Shown here piece after piece: positions 1-15,644 of a DNA stretch of 64,000 nt; position 1 is the stretch's first letter; every line of letters starts with the position of its first letter. The DNA comes from the human T2T-CHM13v2.0 reference genome, Homo sapiens. The stretch lies in NCBI RefSeq assembly GCF_009914755.1, contig NC_060934.1; one strand, written 5' to 3'. The position numbers and the translations under genes were made by a program. The notes beneath the pieces are model-generated. The model worked only from the letters and a program-made list of their open reading frames with translations, was not told the origin of the DNA and ran no database searches.

Positions 1-401
1 CTTCACCAAGACACCTGAGGTCTGTGTGGAACCACAGGCTTGTCATCTCTAAGGCAGAGTTGATAATTCCATCTGTTTCTTGAGCCCACACTGAGAAAAA
101 GATTACATGACTGCAGTTATTTGAATGCCTCATGGAAAGACGTCTTATAAATGTTATAATTAATGTTATCATTAAGTAATGCTTCAATGCAGATCTTCCA
201 AGTATAAATATCAGCTGAGTAAGAAGTCAATCTTCCCTGAAGCAAAATTGAAATTTGTAAATGCGATTTCTGGGAGCTTATTTTGTAATACATGATTCCA
301 GAGTGTCCATAACACACACAATTGTCTTTTTTCCCCTACATGGGCTATTTACAACAAAATTGGACTTATAATGTTTATTTCCAGGGATGACTAGAACTTT
401 A

Positions 402-758
<357 letters not shown>

Positions 759-1013
759 TCATCTAATGGTTTTCTTGACAATTAAATTTTCTATATAATG
801 TCAGTTCATAAAAAAACTGAGAACGACCACATGTCATATCGACTGCTTAAAAGAAAATACGTATATTTACAAACATATACACAATACTGTCTTTTGTCTG
901 GTTAGTTTAGAGGTTAGAATAAACTGCAGTATGTTGTAGTGGACAGATCATAGAACTAGGAGTCAGGATGTCTGGATTCCTAGGAAGCAATGAGTAGGTT
1001 GCACGGTGCAGCT

Positions 1014-1189
1014 CAAGGTTATTCAAAGTGTGGTGCCCAGACCAGCATCATGAGTATCCTCAGGGAGCTTGTTAGAACTGCAGATCCTTTAACTCATTGA
1101 ATCAGAATCCCTAGGTGTGGGGCCCTGAAATCTGTATTTTAGCAGGCTCTCTGGGATTGTGATGTGCCTTAGAGTTTGACAACCACTGG
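1014..1189. mobile_element. MER5-family hAT-Charlie MITE, apparently splitting a MIR
   Basis: CAAAGTGTGGTGCCCAGACCAGCATCA...GAATCAGAATCC...AGAGTTTGACAACCACTG resembles MER5A; MIR-like sequence on both sides (~926-985 and ~1195-1390). Confidence 0.75.
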
Positions 1190-1194
1190 GTAGC

Positions 1195-1580
1195 TGATCC
1201 TGACTTAGACTTATCAGGCATGTGATCTTGAACAAGTCACATAATCTCACTGAGTTCAGTTTTCTTATGTTTAAAATAGGCCCAATAATATCTATTTCAC
1301 ATGGACTGCTTTGAGGATTAGGCAAGAGATCTGTAACAGACACTGTAGAACAGTGTCTCTGGTCTACAGCTGACCTTCCATAAATGGTAGTTGCCTTGAT
1401 TCTCTGCTCTGCCACATAATAGCTGGTTAACTATGAGCAAGTAATTTAGTTCTTCTCAGTTTAGTTTCTTCACCTGTAAAAGAAGGAAAATAACTGTTAT
1501 ACTCAATTTCTGAAGTGGCTATAAAAATCAGTTTAAATTATGGGCATTGAAGCTCTTTGTACACTGTATAAGGACTGTAC
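1195..1580 (+). mobile_element. Two tandem MIR fragments
   Basis: MIR core motifs TGTGATCTTGAACAAGTCACATAATCTCACTGAGTTCAGTTTTC and GAGCAAGTAATTTAGTTCTTCTCAGTTTAGTTTCTTCACCTGTAAAA. Confidence 0.75.
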
Positions 1581-1752
1581 ATCTAAGGGATTAATGAGAC
1601 CAGGCTTATGATTTTAAGCATGGAGTAAATAGTAACACTGACTCTGTTCTATGAACCACATGGAAACTCTAAAGAATATGCACATTTGAAACACAGGTAT
1701 CATCTGGGGAAGGTGATCTGCTCACCCAAACCAGTTCATGAACATCAATCTC

Positions 1753-2184
1753 CAGTGGCGTGCTGGAGCTAGCTGTACCAGCTCATGAGGGCCAATTGTT
1801 TCATTTTTAGGAATTTTGTTTGCTGGTTAAAAATAGTCATTATTTAAAATTAAATTATGTAAACAATAATATTAGATAAAATAAGTTAAAATAAAAACAA
1901 AGGAACTAATTATCCCCAAACTCTTCCCCACCTAATTATTTTACTATCTGTGCCTTGGGATTATTTACATTGATTTTATCCATATGGTGACAATACTATT
2001 CATATATAAATGGTGTGCTTCTCTTCATAACTCTACATAGCCTGATGTCAGGCTAGTAGCTTGAAATTGGCCACAGTGGGAGTGTGAGCATTTGTACCAT
2101 GAGGCTTGGCCAAGGCTACAAATCCAGACTTTTGTTTTTCCCTCCTGGAGAGCTGTCTGTTAAAAATTTACCAACACACCACTG
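1753..2184 (+). mobile_element. MER63 (MER63B-like) hAT-Blackjack non-autonomous DNA transposon
   Basis: Terminal inverted repeats CAGTGGCGTGCTGG / CCAACACACCACTG, 432 bp; internal sequence matches recalled MER63 consensus. Confidence 0.8.
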
Positions 2185-2664
2185 GTCTTACCTTTGTTAA
2201 TTTACCACAGTCCAGGTTCTGACCTAGACTTAGAAACCTGGATTTGTCAGCAAGCTGAGGATAGAGCCATTATTTCTAAGAAGGACTCACATTACCCAAG
2301 TGCAAAGCCTGATATATACCTTCAGAATATCAATTTATTAATTTACAGTGAAGAAAGCCACCCCAGGGCATTCCCCAGGGGAAGGCAAAAAGAGCTAGTT
2401 GCACATTTTGAATGTTTGATGACATTAGGGTAAGGTGACACAGAATATCCATTTCCACAACTGAGATACCTGCTGCCTTAAGGAAGGGACAGGCAAGTCC
2501 TTGGGCAGGACCTTAGATTGTCACTGTCCATCTTGCTCTAGGACTCTCCTTTCCAGGCATGACGATGGCCAACTCTGTCCTCCTACCCTACTGATGGGAT
2601 TATCTTTTCTTGACACATGGCAATGCCTCCAATCAGAGGCTGGTAGCTATTTTTAATCTTCAGG

Positions 2665-2848
2665 GCAGTATTTTTCAAAGGGAAGTTCATGGACCATATG
2701 CATCTGTATCATTTAGATGTATATTAAAAATGCTTAGGTCTTCCCCAGTTATACTAGATCAGAATCTCTGTTGGTGGGGCCCACGAATCGGTATTTTCAA
2801 CAAATCACTAGGTAATTTCTGTATATACTATAGTGTGAAGACCACTGC
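2665..2848. mobile_element. MER5-family MITE
   Basis: CAGTATTTTTCAAAG...ATCAGAATCTCTG...GGGGCCC...GAAGACCACTG. Confidence 0.7.
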
Positions 2849-2989
2849 TTGAAGGTTTCTTTGCATATCTCCACTAAATATAAAAAATATTGACTTCTAG
2901 ATTTAACTCCCAAAGCACTTGCATTTTTAAGTTTCTGGGGGCATTATATTGTGGTACCCCTATACCACTCACACTCTAGTCAGGAGGTA

Positions 2990-3410
2990 TATTATGGACT
3001 GAATGTTTGTGTCCCTCCAAAACTCATATGTTGAAGTCTTAGCTTCCAATGTGATAGTATTAGGAGATGGTGCCTTCTGGAGGTAAAATCAAGCCCTCAT
3101 GAATGGGATTAGTGCCTTTAGAAAGAGAGCTCCGTCACTGTCTTTCCATCAATTGAAGATGCAGTGAGAAGCTGGTAGTCTTGCATCTGGAAGAGGGCCC
3201 TCACACAACCTGATCATGCTGGCACCTGGTCTCAGACTTTCTGCCTCCAGAACTATGAGATGATAAATTTCTGTTGTTCATACCCCACCCAGGCTACAAT
3301 ATTAGGTTGCTGCAAAGTATTTGTGATTTTTGCCTTTACTTTTCAGGGCAAAAACTGCAATTACTTTTGTGCCAACCTAATATTTTGTTATAGCAGCCCG
3401 AACTAAGGCA
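2990..3410 (+). mobile_element. MaLR solo LTR (MLT1A/MSTD-like)
   Basis: TATGGACTGAATGTTTGTGTCCCTCCAAAACTCATATGTTGAAG start; CCTCCAGAACTATGAGA...TTTGTTATAGCAGCCCGAACTAAGGCA end. Confidence 0.85.
3302..3380. mobile_element. MADE1 (Hsmar1-derived MITE) nested in the MaLR LTR
   Basis: TTAGGTTGCTGCAAAGTATTTG...CAATTACTTTTGTGCCAACCTAA, ~80-bp palindromic element flanked by TA on both sides. Confidence 0.9.
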
Positions 3411-3695
3411 AGGGAGACTACATCAGACAGTGTAGCTATGTAAGTACAAATGTATCCCTGTTGAGGAAAACTAAGTTCTAACCCTGACTTCAGGCCAGTA
3501 GCCACCTTTTCAATCTCTTTCATGAAGGGACCATTATCATTATCACTGGTGGCAAAAATAGAGGCACGAGAATGGAATTTGCTTTTCTGTGAAATCTCAG
3601 TGTATACAGATTGAAGAGCAAGGGTTTGCTTTCATCTCTAAGAAGCAAAAGTGAGTACGGACTGGCACATTATCAGAGAAAGAATCATTCTAGCT

Positions 3696-3918
3696 CGGTG
3701 GGTCTTAACCAGGAGTGAATTTGACTCCAGGGAACAGTTGGCAATGTCTGGAGACGTTTTTATTTGTTATAGCTGGGGGATGAGTGGGTGGGTTGCTACT
3801 GGCATCTAGTGGGTGGAGACCAGAGATGCTGTTAAACATCCCGCAAAGCACAGGACAGTCCCCGACAACAAAGAATTATCTGGCCCCAAATATCAATAGT
3901 GCCAAAGTTGAGAAACCT
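3696..3918. mobile_element. MER20 hAT-Charlie MITE
   Basis: TTGGCAATGTCTGGAGAC, GCTACTGGCATCTAGTGG, AAAGAATTATCTGGCCCCAAATATCAATAGTGCC...GTTGAGAAACC. Confidence 0.9.
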
Positions 3919-4796
3919 CATTCTAGCTTCCTTTTCCCTTCTACGTTCTAATCAACTGTTGTTCTTTCAGCATTAGGATTCATCCAGCAGTCTCTTTCCC
4001 CAGCAATTTGTTGAAATTTTTTTAAAAATGGACTCATTTTAGTGTCACAAGAAAAAAATACATTCACAGGAAAGGATGGGTCATTTTGTTTAATGATGTT
4101 TTGCCTTTCACATAGCAAAAGCTTAATAAAGTATTTTTAAATAAAATGGTGAATAGATCAAAACATTAATTTCACATGTGTTTTAATAAATAACAGGAAG
4201 ATGGCTATATTATATAAATTGTTCTTGTATATGTCTTGAGTGGATCATCAAACACAAACGTATCTACATGCCTTTTCTTGTGAATAGATCTAATAATAAC
4301 GCTCTTCTAAAAACAAATTAAATGGATATTATTTGCTGAGAATGTAATGCTTGTGTGAATAGAAGCCAGCCCTGAATCCAAGCCCCCAGATCTATTTAAA
4401 GAATTTGAAGAATGTCAGAAAAGCACGTGGCTTCAAGGTTAATGTGTAAGACTCACAGAAACTTGAAAAATCACTATGACTAAAAAGAAAGTATGAGCTC
4501 CCTGCATGCCTGTAAATTGGAATGACAGCCAAAACCAGTTAATTATAAAAACAGCTAATTTAACAGGTTTTCAAATTTGTTTCTTTCTCCAAGTAGCATA
4601 TAGTCAATAATCCTTAAAGAGAAAGCAAAGAAGGGGAAGCACTGAACCAAATTTGCTTTTTTGTACCTGCTCAGCTCAAATGCAGAGTTCTCTACCTGGA
4701 AATTGACTGCTTCCATAGTTTGATAGCCACAGAGAGATGGGAACAGAAGGAGAGGTATAATCCCAGACTTGATTCAGCTATAGAGAATGACAATAG

Positions 4797-5414
4797 TGTC
4801 AGAGGCCTTCCAACCAGAGCGACTCCATCTTGAATACGGGCTGGGTAAAACAGGGCTGAGACCTACTGGGCTGCATTCCCAGGAGGCTAAGCATTCTAAG
4901 TCACAGGATGAGACAGGAGGTCAGCACAAGACCTTGCTGATAAAACAGGTTGTAATAAAGAAGCCAGCCAAAACCCACCAAAACCAAGATGGCCATGAGA
5001 GTTATCTGTGGTTGGTCTCACTGCTCATTGTATGCTAATTATAATGTATTAGCATGTTAAAAGACACTCCCACCAGTGCTATGACAGTTTACAGGTACAT
5101 TGGCAACTTCCGGAAGTTACCCTCTATGGTCTAAAAAGGGGAGGAACCCTCACCTCCCAGAATTGCCCACCCCTTTCCTGGAAAACTTGTGAATAATTCA
5201 CCCTTGTTCAGCATATAATCAAGAAGTAACTGTAAGTATCCTTAGGCCAGAAGCTCAGGCCACTGCTCTGAATGTGGAATAGCCATTCTTTTATCCTTTA
5301 CTTTCTTAATAAACTTGCTTTCACTTTACTGTATGGACTCCCTGTGAATTCTTTCTTGCAAGAGATCCAAGAACTCTCTCTTGGGGTCTGGATCAGGACC
5401 TCTTTCCAGTAACA
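4797..5414 (+). mobile_element. MER41 (MER41B-like) ERV1 solo LTR
   Basis: TGTCAGAGGC...CCAGTAACA termini, 4-bp TSD ATAG (4793-4796 / 5415-5418), AATAAA in the LTR, GAS motif TTCCTGGAA 5175-5183. Confidence 0.92.
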
Positions 5415-8400
5415 ATAGTAGTAAGGGGTCAGGGAGACTGGACAAAGGAGTTTAAGAAGCCTTAGATAAAGGGTCCTCATCATTGTCATAACATAAAATC
5501 ATGGACTCCTAGAATTTTATAGCTGATAGGATTAGAAATTTCAAAATTCAATTTCATTAATTTTCATCTGCGAAAACAGATGGCCAGAGAGGCCAAACAA
5601 TTTGTTAAGGAGCACTGAGGGCAGACCACACTGGAACGCAAACCTCTTAGCAGAGTATACAAGGCCTTTGATCTCCTCAGTCAGAATGAACTAGAGCTTT
5701 CCAGGGTACCCTTTCTGACTGTTTAGCATGTTTGCCAGTCTGACTAATTTTGAAGTTGCTTAAATATCTGTCATTTCCACTGTATCATAATCTCCTCATT
5801 CATCTTCAATCTCCAATGCCTTGAACTCAGTAAATGTTAGTTGAACAAAAGTAAATTGAACCCAGAATTTCTGATCATAATCTGGAGCACTTTAAAATTG
5901 TCAGCTTACTGGGAAACGGGATAACATGTGATTTGTCTTTGATTTTTTTTTTCTCATATGCTTTTTCCACCTATAGATGCTACACGAATGTTTTTAAAAT
6001 CTGATATAAAAATTAAAATTAAAAAATTAAAAAAAGAAAATTTGATACAATGCTACATTTAGAGTGTTGTGATTAGATTCCTTAAGTGTATCATGGTGAT
6101 CTCTACATCACGTGGTGATCAAATTGCTTTGGGTTTTAACACATAACTGACAAAGGCTTGGGGACATGTAAGATCCCAAATACATTTTTATTGATTTTTT
6201 TTTCTTGTTTGTCCTCTTTTAAATAACTTTTTTTTGTTATAAGAATAATTCATGTTCAGTGGAGAAACCATAGAAAATAGTGACAAGTGAAGGAATAAAT
6301 TTAAAATGACCCATAATTGTACCATACATTCTGATTTTTTAAACGCTGAACAAATTAGCCTTGGGTAAGTACCAGGAATAGAGTGCAGCATTGAAAGTTA
6401 AAGTTTGGGGAAGGATAGCTGACTTAAGAAATTATCTAGTTAGACATTTTTTGATGGGGTAATTTTGCAGATGACATTAGTGAGAGAAAGGACTTTCCAC
6501 TCTCACACAGCTAGTAGGGGTGTGGGAGGATATTGGAACCAAGTTTCAAGTCTTCAGTGAAGAATCAAGGGAGAAGTTCTAAAACCTAACAATATCCCTC
6601 TGGATGGACATTTATTTTATTACTACAATAAGCCACACGGTGAGTCATAAGGAGCATTTCATTCTTCTAATATGTCTCTACTGTATTTAGAATCTGATAA
6701 AGCCCCTATTAGAATTCATCTCTTTAAGAATAAAAGAAGCTGAGGAACTAAAGAGAGGGTTGGAATAATCCACTAATTATATCCGTTAAGCTTCAGTTAC
6801 GCTAATAAGGAATATCACATGACTGTGGTGTGTGCTTGTTCTGAACAGTAAAGTACATGAGGAAAGATAAGATTCAGGGCTGAAATGTCCTTCAGCATAT
6901 GTAGGTAGTGGTGATGAAAGTCATTAAAAGAAAAATTGATTGAGGTATTTTAGTAAACAAAAGAACTCACCACTTACCCATCAGGAAGTGTATTGTTAAT
7001 GCAGTGCTGTTCAGCCTTCTGGAAGAAAAGGTTTCTTCATGCTTCTCTCTTTAGCCTAATTCTTATCCTGTCACTTTTCAGGCAAAATTAAAAAAAAAAA
7101 AAGATTGAAAACGATGCTCCTATTTTATTTGCTTCAAAAGAAACAGGCTGTTGCATTGTGCTTGGAACAGTTTACTCTTGGCCTTGATGTAAGTGTGAAA
7201 GGAAGCCCGTGTAATTGACTAGGCAGTATCTGAAGAAGCAGGAAATACAGTGTTAAGAAAATGAACAGGCATGAAAACCATGGCTATTTGATAAAAGTAA
7301 ATAATTTCTGCAGTTCACATGTTCTCAGCATATTTTCTTTGATACTGACTTGCTTAATATGACAATAGCAGAACCATGGTAGCTTGTAGGCATTACTTTT
7401 CTTTTAATTTCTTTTACATTTTGAATTTACCAGCACTCACATTTGTATTACTTTTGGGTTATACTGAGGATCTATAACTTATAGATCAAATACCTGACAT
7501 ATATATGCATTCTCTGAAGTCTTAGGGCAGAACTAGAACATTCTTGTGAACATCAGTATAAGATATTAAAATGGAAGTTTTGCCTAAGACTGAAGACAAT
7601 AAAAATATCATAGTCTGAAATGAATGCCAGCACACCATACAGGATTTAAATATCTATACATATATATGTGTGTGTATTATATATATTTAATATATATCTG
7701 TGTGGGATAGGAAGAGGTAGGGGGAAATCAGTTTTACAATTATTAAGTATTTCACCCTTGACAAGAGTATATATATTGGAAATCAGTTGGAGAGTATTTT
7801 CAAAGATAAATGTTAGTGTGCTATGAATGAATCCACCCCTACCACCACTGAGGCAGGGTAGGAGAGGCCTGTGCTCCTCAAGCATAGTTGGAAAAGGACC
7901 TCAACAAGACCACTTCAAGAGTCTAATGTGTGGAGACTGTTGCTTAGGGAGACCTTATGGTCTAGCTTCTGACTCACAGCTAAGTCAGGGAGACAGGTTG
8001 GCTGCTCTGATCGTGGAGTCCAAAAGATGGCCTGCACTGAAAAGCCTCATGAGTGTTGACTTAGGGCTAGTCTAAGAGGTCCCTGGAAGAAGAAACACTC
8101 AGTAGGAGAGAAGCTGGAGGTACCTTCAGTGCTGAATTGGAACCTAGATTCATTCCCCCGTGGAGCAAATTACATAGGAAAGATGCCCAGTGATGGAGAG
8201 TGGGGGTGTCTCTAACAATTACCCACCCACCTGCCCCCACCCCTAAGAAAAAGAAAATCACATACAACCAGTCAGCTGTAAACATATGCCGAGCCTAGTA
8301 AACTCAGATACTAAGTTACCAGGGTACCTGGCAAGTAAGAACATTCCTGATTCCCTTCCCTCCTCTTCCTCTTTGCCCTCCAACCTTAGTGGCTAGCAAG

Positions 8401-10066
8401 ATGGGGAGAGGAGGAGAAGCTGTAAGTGGGGAAAAAAGAGCAGCTTTCTCTCCTTTTCAGCTGCTGGATTCTCCCTCATCATAGGCCTGAGCTGGGGAAT
8501 CAGGAAGAAGGATTCTTTTTAAAACTGAAGTAACGTTATCATTTAATTTTAAAACATTTTAAATTTTGACAATGTTGAGATTAGATATACTAATTATTAA
8601 ACTAAGATTATGTTTTGCAGCTTGAAGTGATAAGAAAAACCTCTTATCTAAGAGCATCCAGGAAAGTCGGGGGTTTCCTGAACATCCTTTTAAATCCTTT
8701 GGAAGTCAGCTTTCAGAGAGGATTTAAAGTGTAGACTGGGCCTTCAGAAACTTGGTTAATGTAGGGGTTTCCTATGCAGACTTGGGGACTATACCTTGTG
8801 TGGAAGAGAGAAAATAAGATTATGTTACATTTTTCCCATTCCTTTTTCAAAAAGAAAGCTCAGCTAGCATGAAAGTTAAATTCAAAACGTAATGGGTATT
8901 ATTTGCATATTCAAATCTAGTGCATATCATGTAAGTACTGAATTATGGTATTCATTATTTCAAATGACAAGCTGGATTTTTTTTTCTTTCGAATTTCACA
9001 AATTAATTTTCCTTGGAACCTTTTGGTTTGGGCTTTAAGAGTTTAGGCTTTCATCACAAAGAGAGGACAGCCTTGAAGATTAAAGTGTGTGGCTCTTCTC
9101 AAGATGTTCTTAGTCCAGCAAAGGATTCTATGCATATTTGGGCTTCCTTCTGTCTCATAACCTGTATTTCTTGATATTCTATTTATATTCTGTAAGATTT
9201 TTTTTTTAAAGGAAAAATTCTTCCATGGTTGAAGGACATGTCAAAAATAGAGGATACAGTTTTATATCAAAGGAAGTTTCATGATATGACTGTAGAAGCT
9301 CATTTGACTTAAGACACATCATTTCCTCATGGAAGTGTTAAACAGATCTGTACAATAAGGTTGGCAATCTTTGTGTAAAACAGTTTTTTTTCTCCTGCTC
9401 TAAAGAAAGTGTATATTTCAAAATGTGAATGTCAGCAGTCAGAAAATAGTATTTTTTTAACTTCGTTTTCAAAGTCCTCAAAAACCTGTACCTAATCATG
9501 AATTTTTTTTCCCACAGATTGTTTCTTCTTCTCCCTCCCAGAAACTTTGAAGTTTTTCTACATGACACCAGGACCTATGTCTTTTTTTAATTACACAGAA
9601 ATGAAAGAAAAAAAGTGTGTTGTATCGTTAACCAAATATATGAAATCTTTAAGCTGTATTTTTATTTTTAACTTTGTTTTGCAAAGAGGCCATTCCCTTT
9701 GGTTAAATAATTTGTTATTCACAGTTTCCTTGTCCTCATATTATCAAGGGGAAAATTGTAGAAATTTTAAAGGAAGCTCTAGGCAATGTTTTCATCCCTG
9801 AATCTTTGGAGAGTTATAAAAACAAACAGATTACTGAACCTGTAAGAGAACCAATCGTGAAGTCATTACATCTAAGCATAAGCAAAATCTCCTCTTGGAT
9901 CATTAAGTTATAGAAGAAAAGAAAGCCTGCACTTTGAAATTTAGATAAAGCTTGGTAACTTGTAAGTCAAACACGTAAAATTTTACAATTCAGGAATATC
10001 GATAGCAGTTGAGTTTAATAGACTTCTCACATTCCAAATTTAAAGCTTCCTTCTCTGTGCTAATAG

Positions 10067-10450
<384 letters not shown>

Positions 10451-10752
10451 CTTATTCGCATACAATTTAAAAATCATCACAGAAGGTTTGAAAGAAGGAA
10501 GGGGCAGAAAATTACCTACTTTTCCTCTCCCCAGCGATCTCCTTCAAATCTGTGCCTTTTCCTCAGGCCCAGGCCTCAATTTACTGAGCAGTCACACCTC
10601 ACAGAGGGAGGTCTGGGCAATCCACTCTTGGTCACAGGAAAGCCATTGACCCTCCCACTTCCTCTCCTCCACCTTGTTCTCAACTCTTGACTTTGGGCTT
10701 TGTTTCTGTTCAAGTCCTAGGAACTGGTTTCTTTTATCAGGTTAAGTGATTA

Positions 10753-11473
<721 letters not shown>

Positions 11474-12857
11474 TCAGCACCTCTCTTTCTTTTAGGGAAA
11501 TGCTACCCACTCTTTGCATGGGTTCTGGATGGAACTGTTGATCACAGTGTTTTCACTCCCTATTTTGCCTCACCAGAGGTAGACAGAAGACCCAAGCCAG
11601 GCCAGTTACACACAATCTTCAGATAATTACCGTATTGATCACAGTATCACCCCACTCAAGGCTTGGTTGGAGATGAGCAGAAGAGACTAAAGCTGGGTCA
11701 TTTTAATTAACACCTGTACCCCAAAGAAAGACTGTCAATGAGGCTTTTATACCGACACTCCTGGTTTCCATTCTTCCTGATGCCATTCATTTGACGAACT
11801 ACCCAATCTTTCCAACAGTGTCTTTGGAAGAAAGATAGTCAGAAAAGAAGATAGAGTTGTTTTCTGTTCTTTGCAACCAAGGAACTCTAAATGATAGACT
11901 TGTTGCTAGGCACTTTGGTTATTTTTATTATCTTGAATACTTCTGTGATATACTTCTTTGTGCATGCCTGTTTGTACGGATGTAGCTTTTTATATATTTT
12001 ATATAATTTCTCAGAAGTGGAATTACTTAGTCAAAAGGTATGAACATTTTTCTGATTCTTAATATAAATTGTGCAAATGCTTTTTAAGAGGATTATACCA
12101 GTTTACATTTTGTGTTATATATAACAGAAAGTACTACTGAAAAAATATTACAAAAATTTGTCTCTCTGTTCAGGAGGACCTTGTAATAGATGATAAAGTA
12201 CTTGAAATAGGAACATAGAGCATTTTCAGTTTAAAATAATTTCATTGGGTTATTTACGGAATCCTTAGAATTATGGCCAGACATTTATAGATGATCTGTA
12301 CCAAACCTAGGTTGGTTACATAAATTGCTTATTCAACTGGCTTAAATCTATAATAGAAAGATGACACTTACTGAATGTTTAATATACACTTTGTCAGGGG
12401 CTTTGTATTATTCTATGACATCTTCAAAATGACCCTACTTTCCTATTTTATAAGTAAGGACAGGAAGGCTTCAAGAACATGACTAATTTTCCCAAGGGCT
12501 GTACCAAAGCCAGAACCCAAATCTATAAGGCTTTTAAACCTGCATTCTAAAACTGCATCTCGGCCATCTTATTCCTACAGAACTTAAGGTTAGAAAGCCA
12601 GATTGGAGTCCCAATTTCACCACTTAGTAACCAGACAAACTTGAGGAATTCACTCAACGTCTTTGAATCTTCATTTTCTAATCTTTAAAACTAAAACAAT
12701 AATACTTGCTCTACCTATGTCCTAAGATTTCGTGAGGCACATAGAGATAGTGTGGAAGAGTGCTGTACAGATGTCAAGTGTTAGCGTGATTACTTAGATC
12801 CCTGAACACCATGGATGAATGTCTCTGACTGCTATTAGAGGTCATAAAGAATATTGG

Positions 12858-13166
12858 GGCCAGGTACATTGGCTTATTCCTATAATGCCAGCACTTTGGG
12901 AGCCTGAGACAGGAGGATCACTCGAGGCCACGAGTTCAAGACCGGCCTGGGCAACATAGTGAGACCCCTTCTCTACAAAAAAAAAAAGCAGCCACGTGTA
13001 GTGGCACACACCTGTAGTCCCACATACTCAGGAGGGTGAGTTGGGAGGATAACTTTAGTCCAGGAGTTTCAAGGTGCAGTGAGCTGTGATTGCACCACTG
13101 TACTCTAACCTGGACAGCAGAGTGAGACCCTGTCTCTAAAAAAAAAGAAAAAATAATAATAATAAT
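12858..13166 (+). mobile_element. AluJ
   Basis: GGAGGATCAC, GCCTGGGCAACATAGTGAGACCCC; TSD-like AAAGAATATTGGG / AAAGAATAATGGG. Confidence 0.93.
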
Positions 13167-14663
13167 AAAGAATAATGGGGCCTTGGGATACCCACTCCTC
13201 TCTTTCTGCTCTGAGTTGTGAAGCAGTTGAGTTACATATGCATGTCCAATGGATGAGGTTGAAAATATCAACTGGATTGGAATGTGGCTTACTTGCGTGG
13301 CCACAATGAGCTTCGTAACACTTCCTGACAGGGTGAGAAGACAAACTTCCTCACCCAGTCACTGGCAGAGCTGGACACTCTGTGTCTCTCCCACAGAACA
13401 ACCTCTTACTGCATGGAGGTGGATGAAAAAGTCAACCGAGAACAGGCTACTCCAAAAAGCAGAGCACCAAAGGCACCAGCTGGTCAGGTCCCCCTTCCTA
13501 AGTAAACAATCACGTAATTCATTCGGGACAAAGCCAGAGAGGTGGTGTGGAGAAAGAGAGGGCAGTTTCCTCCCAAGTTTTTCCTGGAATTCTTTATGGG
13601 AATATGAGGTTTAGGGGAATAAGACTTCCCTTTAACAGTGAAGAATCCCCAGCTCTATTGGTAATAGGAAATCGCTTACAAGGATCATGGGGAGTATTTC
13701 CTCAGCTCGTTCTGCCTCCTACTTGGCTGAGTGGAATGGAACCATCTGTGGCTGCTGCATATGATATTGTCAACTTTGTCATTCCACACCCACTCCTTGA
13801 CGCCCTACCATGTGGTCATAAGACTCCCTTTAAAGTGTTCCTTTAAAAAACAAAATGTGTTTTGTTTCTATAAAATACAGCTCAATGTCAGAACCCTTGT
13901 CTTGTTTGCTCTCTGATGTAACCCTTTCACAATGTTTGGGCAGCTTATTCTCTCTATTTCCCTGTAGGGTCCCATCCAGGCCAAAGTGAGTGCCAGCCTC
14001 ATTTGGGCAGCAGATGCCCTGTGGAAGGGCAGGAGGAGACGAGAGCTAATTGTAACTTTGTGATTAGCTGTCATGGATGCCTGGTCCTGTCAATAGCGCT
14101 CAATAAAGCCAGAAGGCCAAGCGTTCGCTTCTGCATACTGATTGCTGAGTCAGATTTCTCAGTGCAGAAGGGCTTTCTAGGCAGTCAATTTTAGAATATT
14201 AGTCTTGGTTCTTAAGTGGTTAAAATCCCTAGCTGGTCTTTAATCTGAGCCTGGAGAATTTAGTTATGGCTGACATTCTGCTGTGATATTTTTGCCCTCA
14301 ATATATATGTCTTTCCTCCATCTCTTAGATCCCTGAATCATAGAGATATATATGTTATATAATCAACTGTCTCCAGTCTCTAAGAGTGATAAGTACACAT
14401 TGTGTCAGGTTGAGGGGACAGGAGAACTTTCAAAAGCCTTTCTTGCCCCTTTTTCCTTCTCACTGCCTCCCACTAAGTCCAGCCACTTATTATTCAGCTG
14501 ACACTATCATCATGACCATGAGGTCTTTTGGGGCTACCCTGGTTCGGATCCTTCTGGAGGTTTGTTGCTTAACTCTGTCTTCAGTCCTATGAGCTGCTTT
14601 TTCAATAAGTTTCTATTTTGGCTAAAGTTGGCCAGAATCTCCTTGTAACCAAAGAACAAATAA

Positions 14664-15056
<393 letters not shown>

Positions 15057-15644
15057 TAGTGTTTGCTTCCTTCTATTGGGTAATTGTCTGTTTATATGCA
15101 TGTCTTGTTTCCTCAAATAAAATGTGGTCTTCTCAAGGGTATTGGCCCATGTTCTATCCATCTGTAGATATCACAGCACCTAGCAGTGTCTTTCACAGAG
15201 GAAGTACACAACTGGCATTATTGATTCATTGCTCCATTTTTTCCTTCTTTATCCCCAGCATTTCTCAATAATTTCAAACATCTCCATTGGAGTACCGGAG
15301 AAAGCAGGTAGCTTTACTTGCAGCTATGTTTCTATCCCCATAGTAACTAAAAGAGGACCCAGAGAAACATGTTTAAATGCTGTCCTGTTATCAGGACCTC
15401 AGCCTTCTGATGCTCCGTGGCTTGGGGGTTATTGCTTGATCATCTCCTCCCCAACCTACACTGTGTACCTATGCTAGTCTCTTCATGAGGACTAAGCCCC
15501 ATAGTAAAAGGGCTAGATAAATAGAAAATCATTTTATGTAATTATAAGAATGAGAATACTGAGTATTCTGGTGTTTGTTTAGGATAAGCACATCTTTATT
15601 TGTATGAGAAAAAGAAAAAGAGAGTGAAAAATATATTAACGTGC

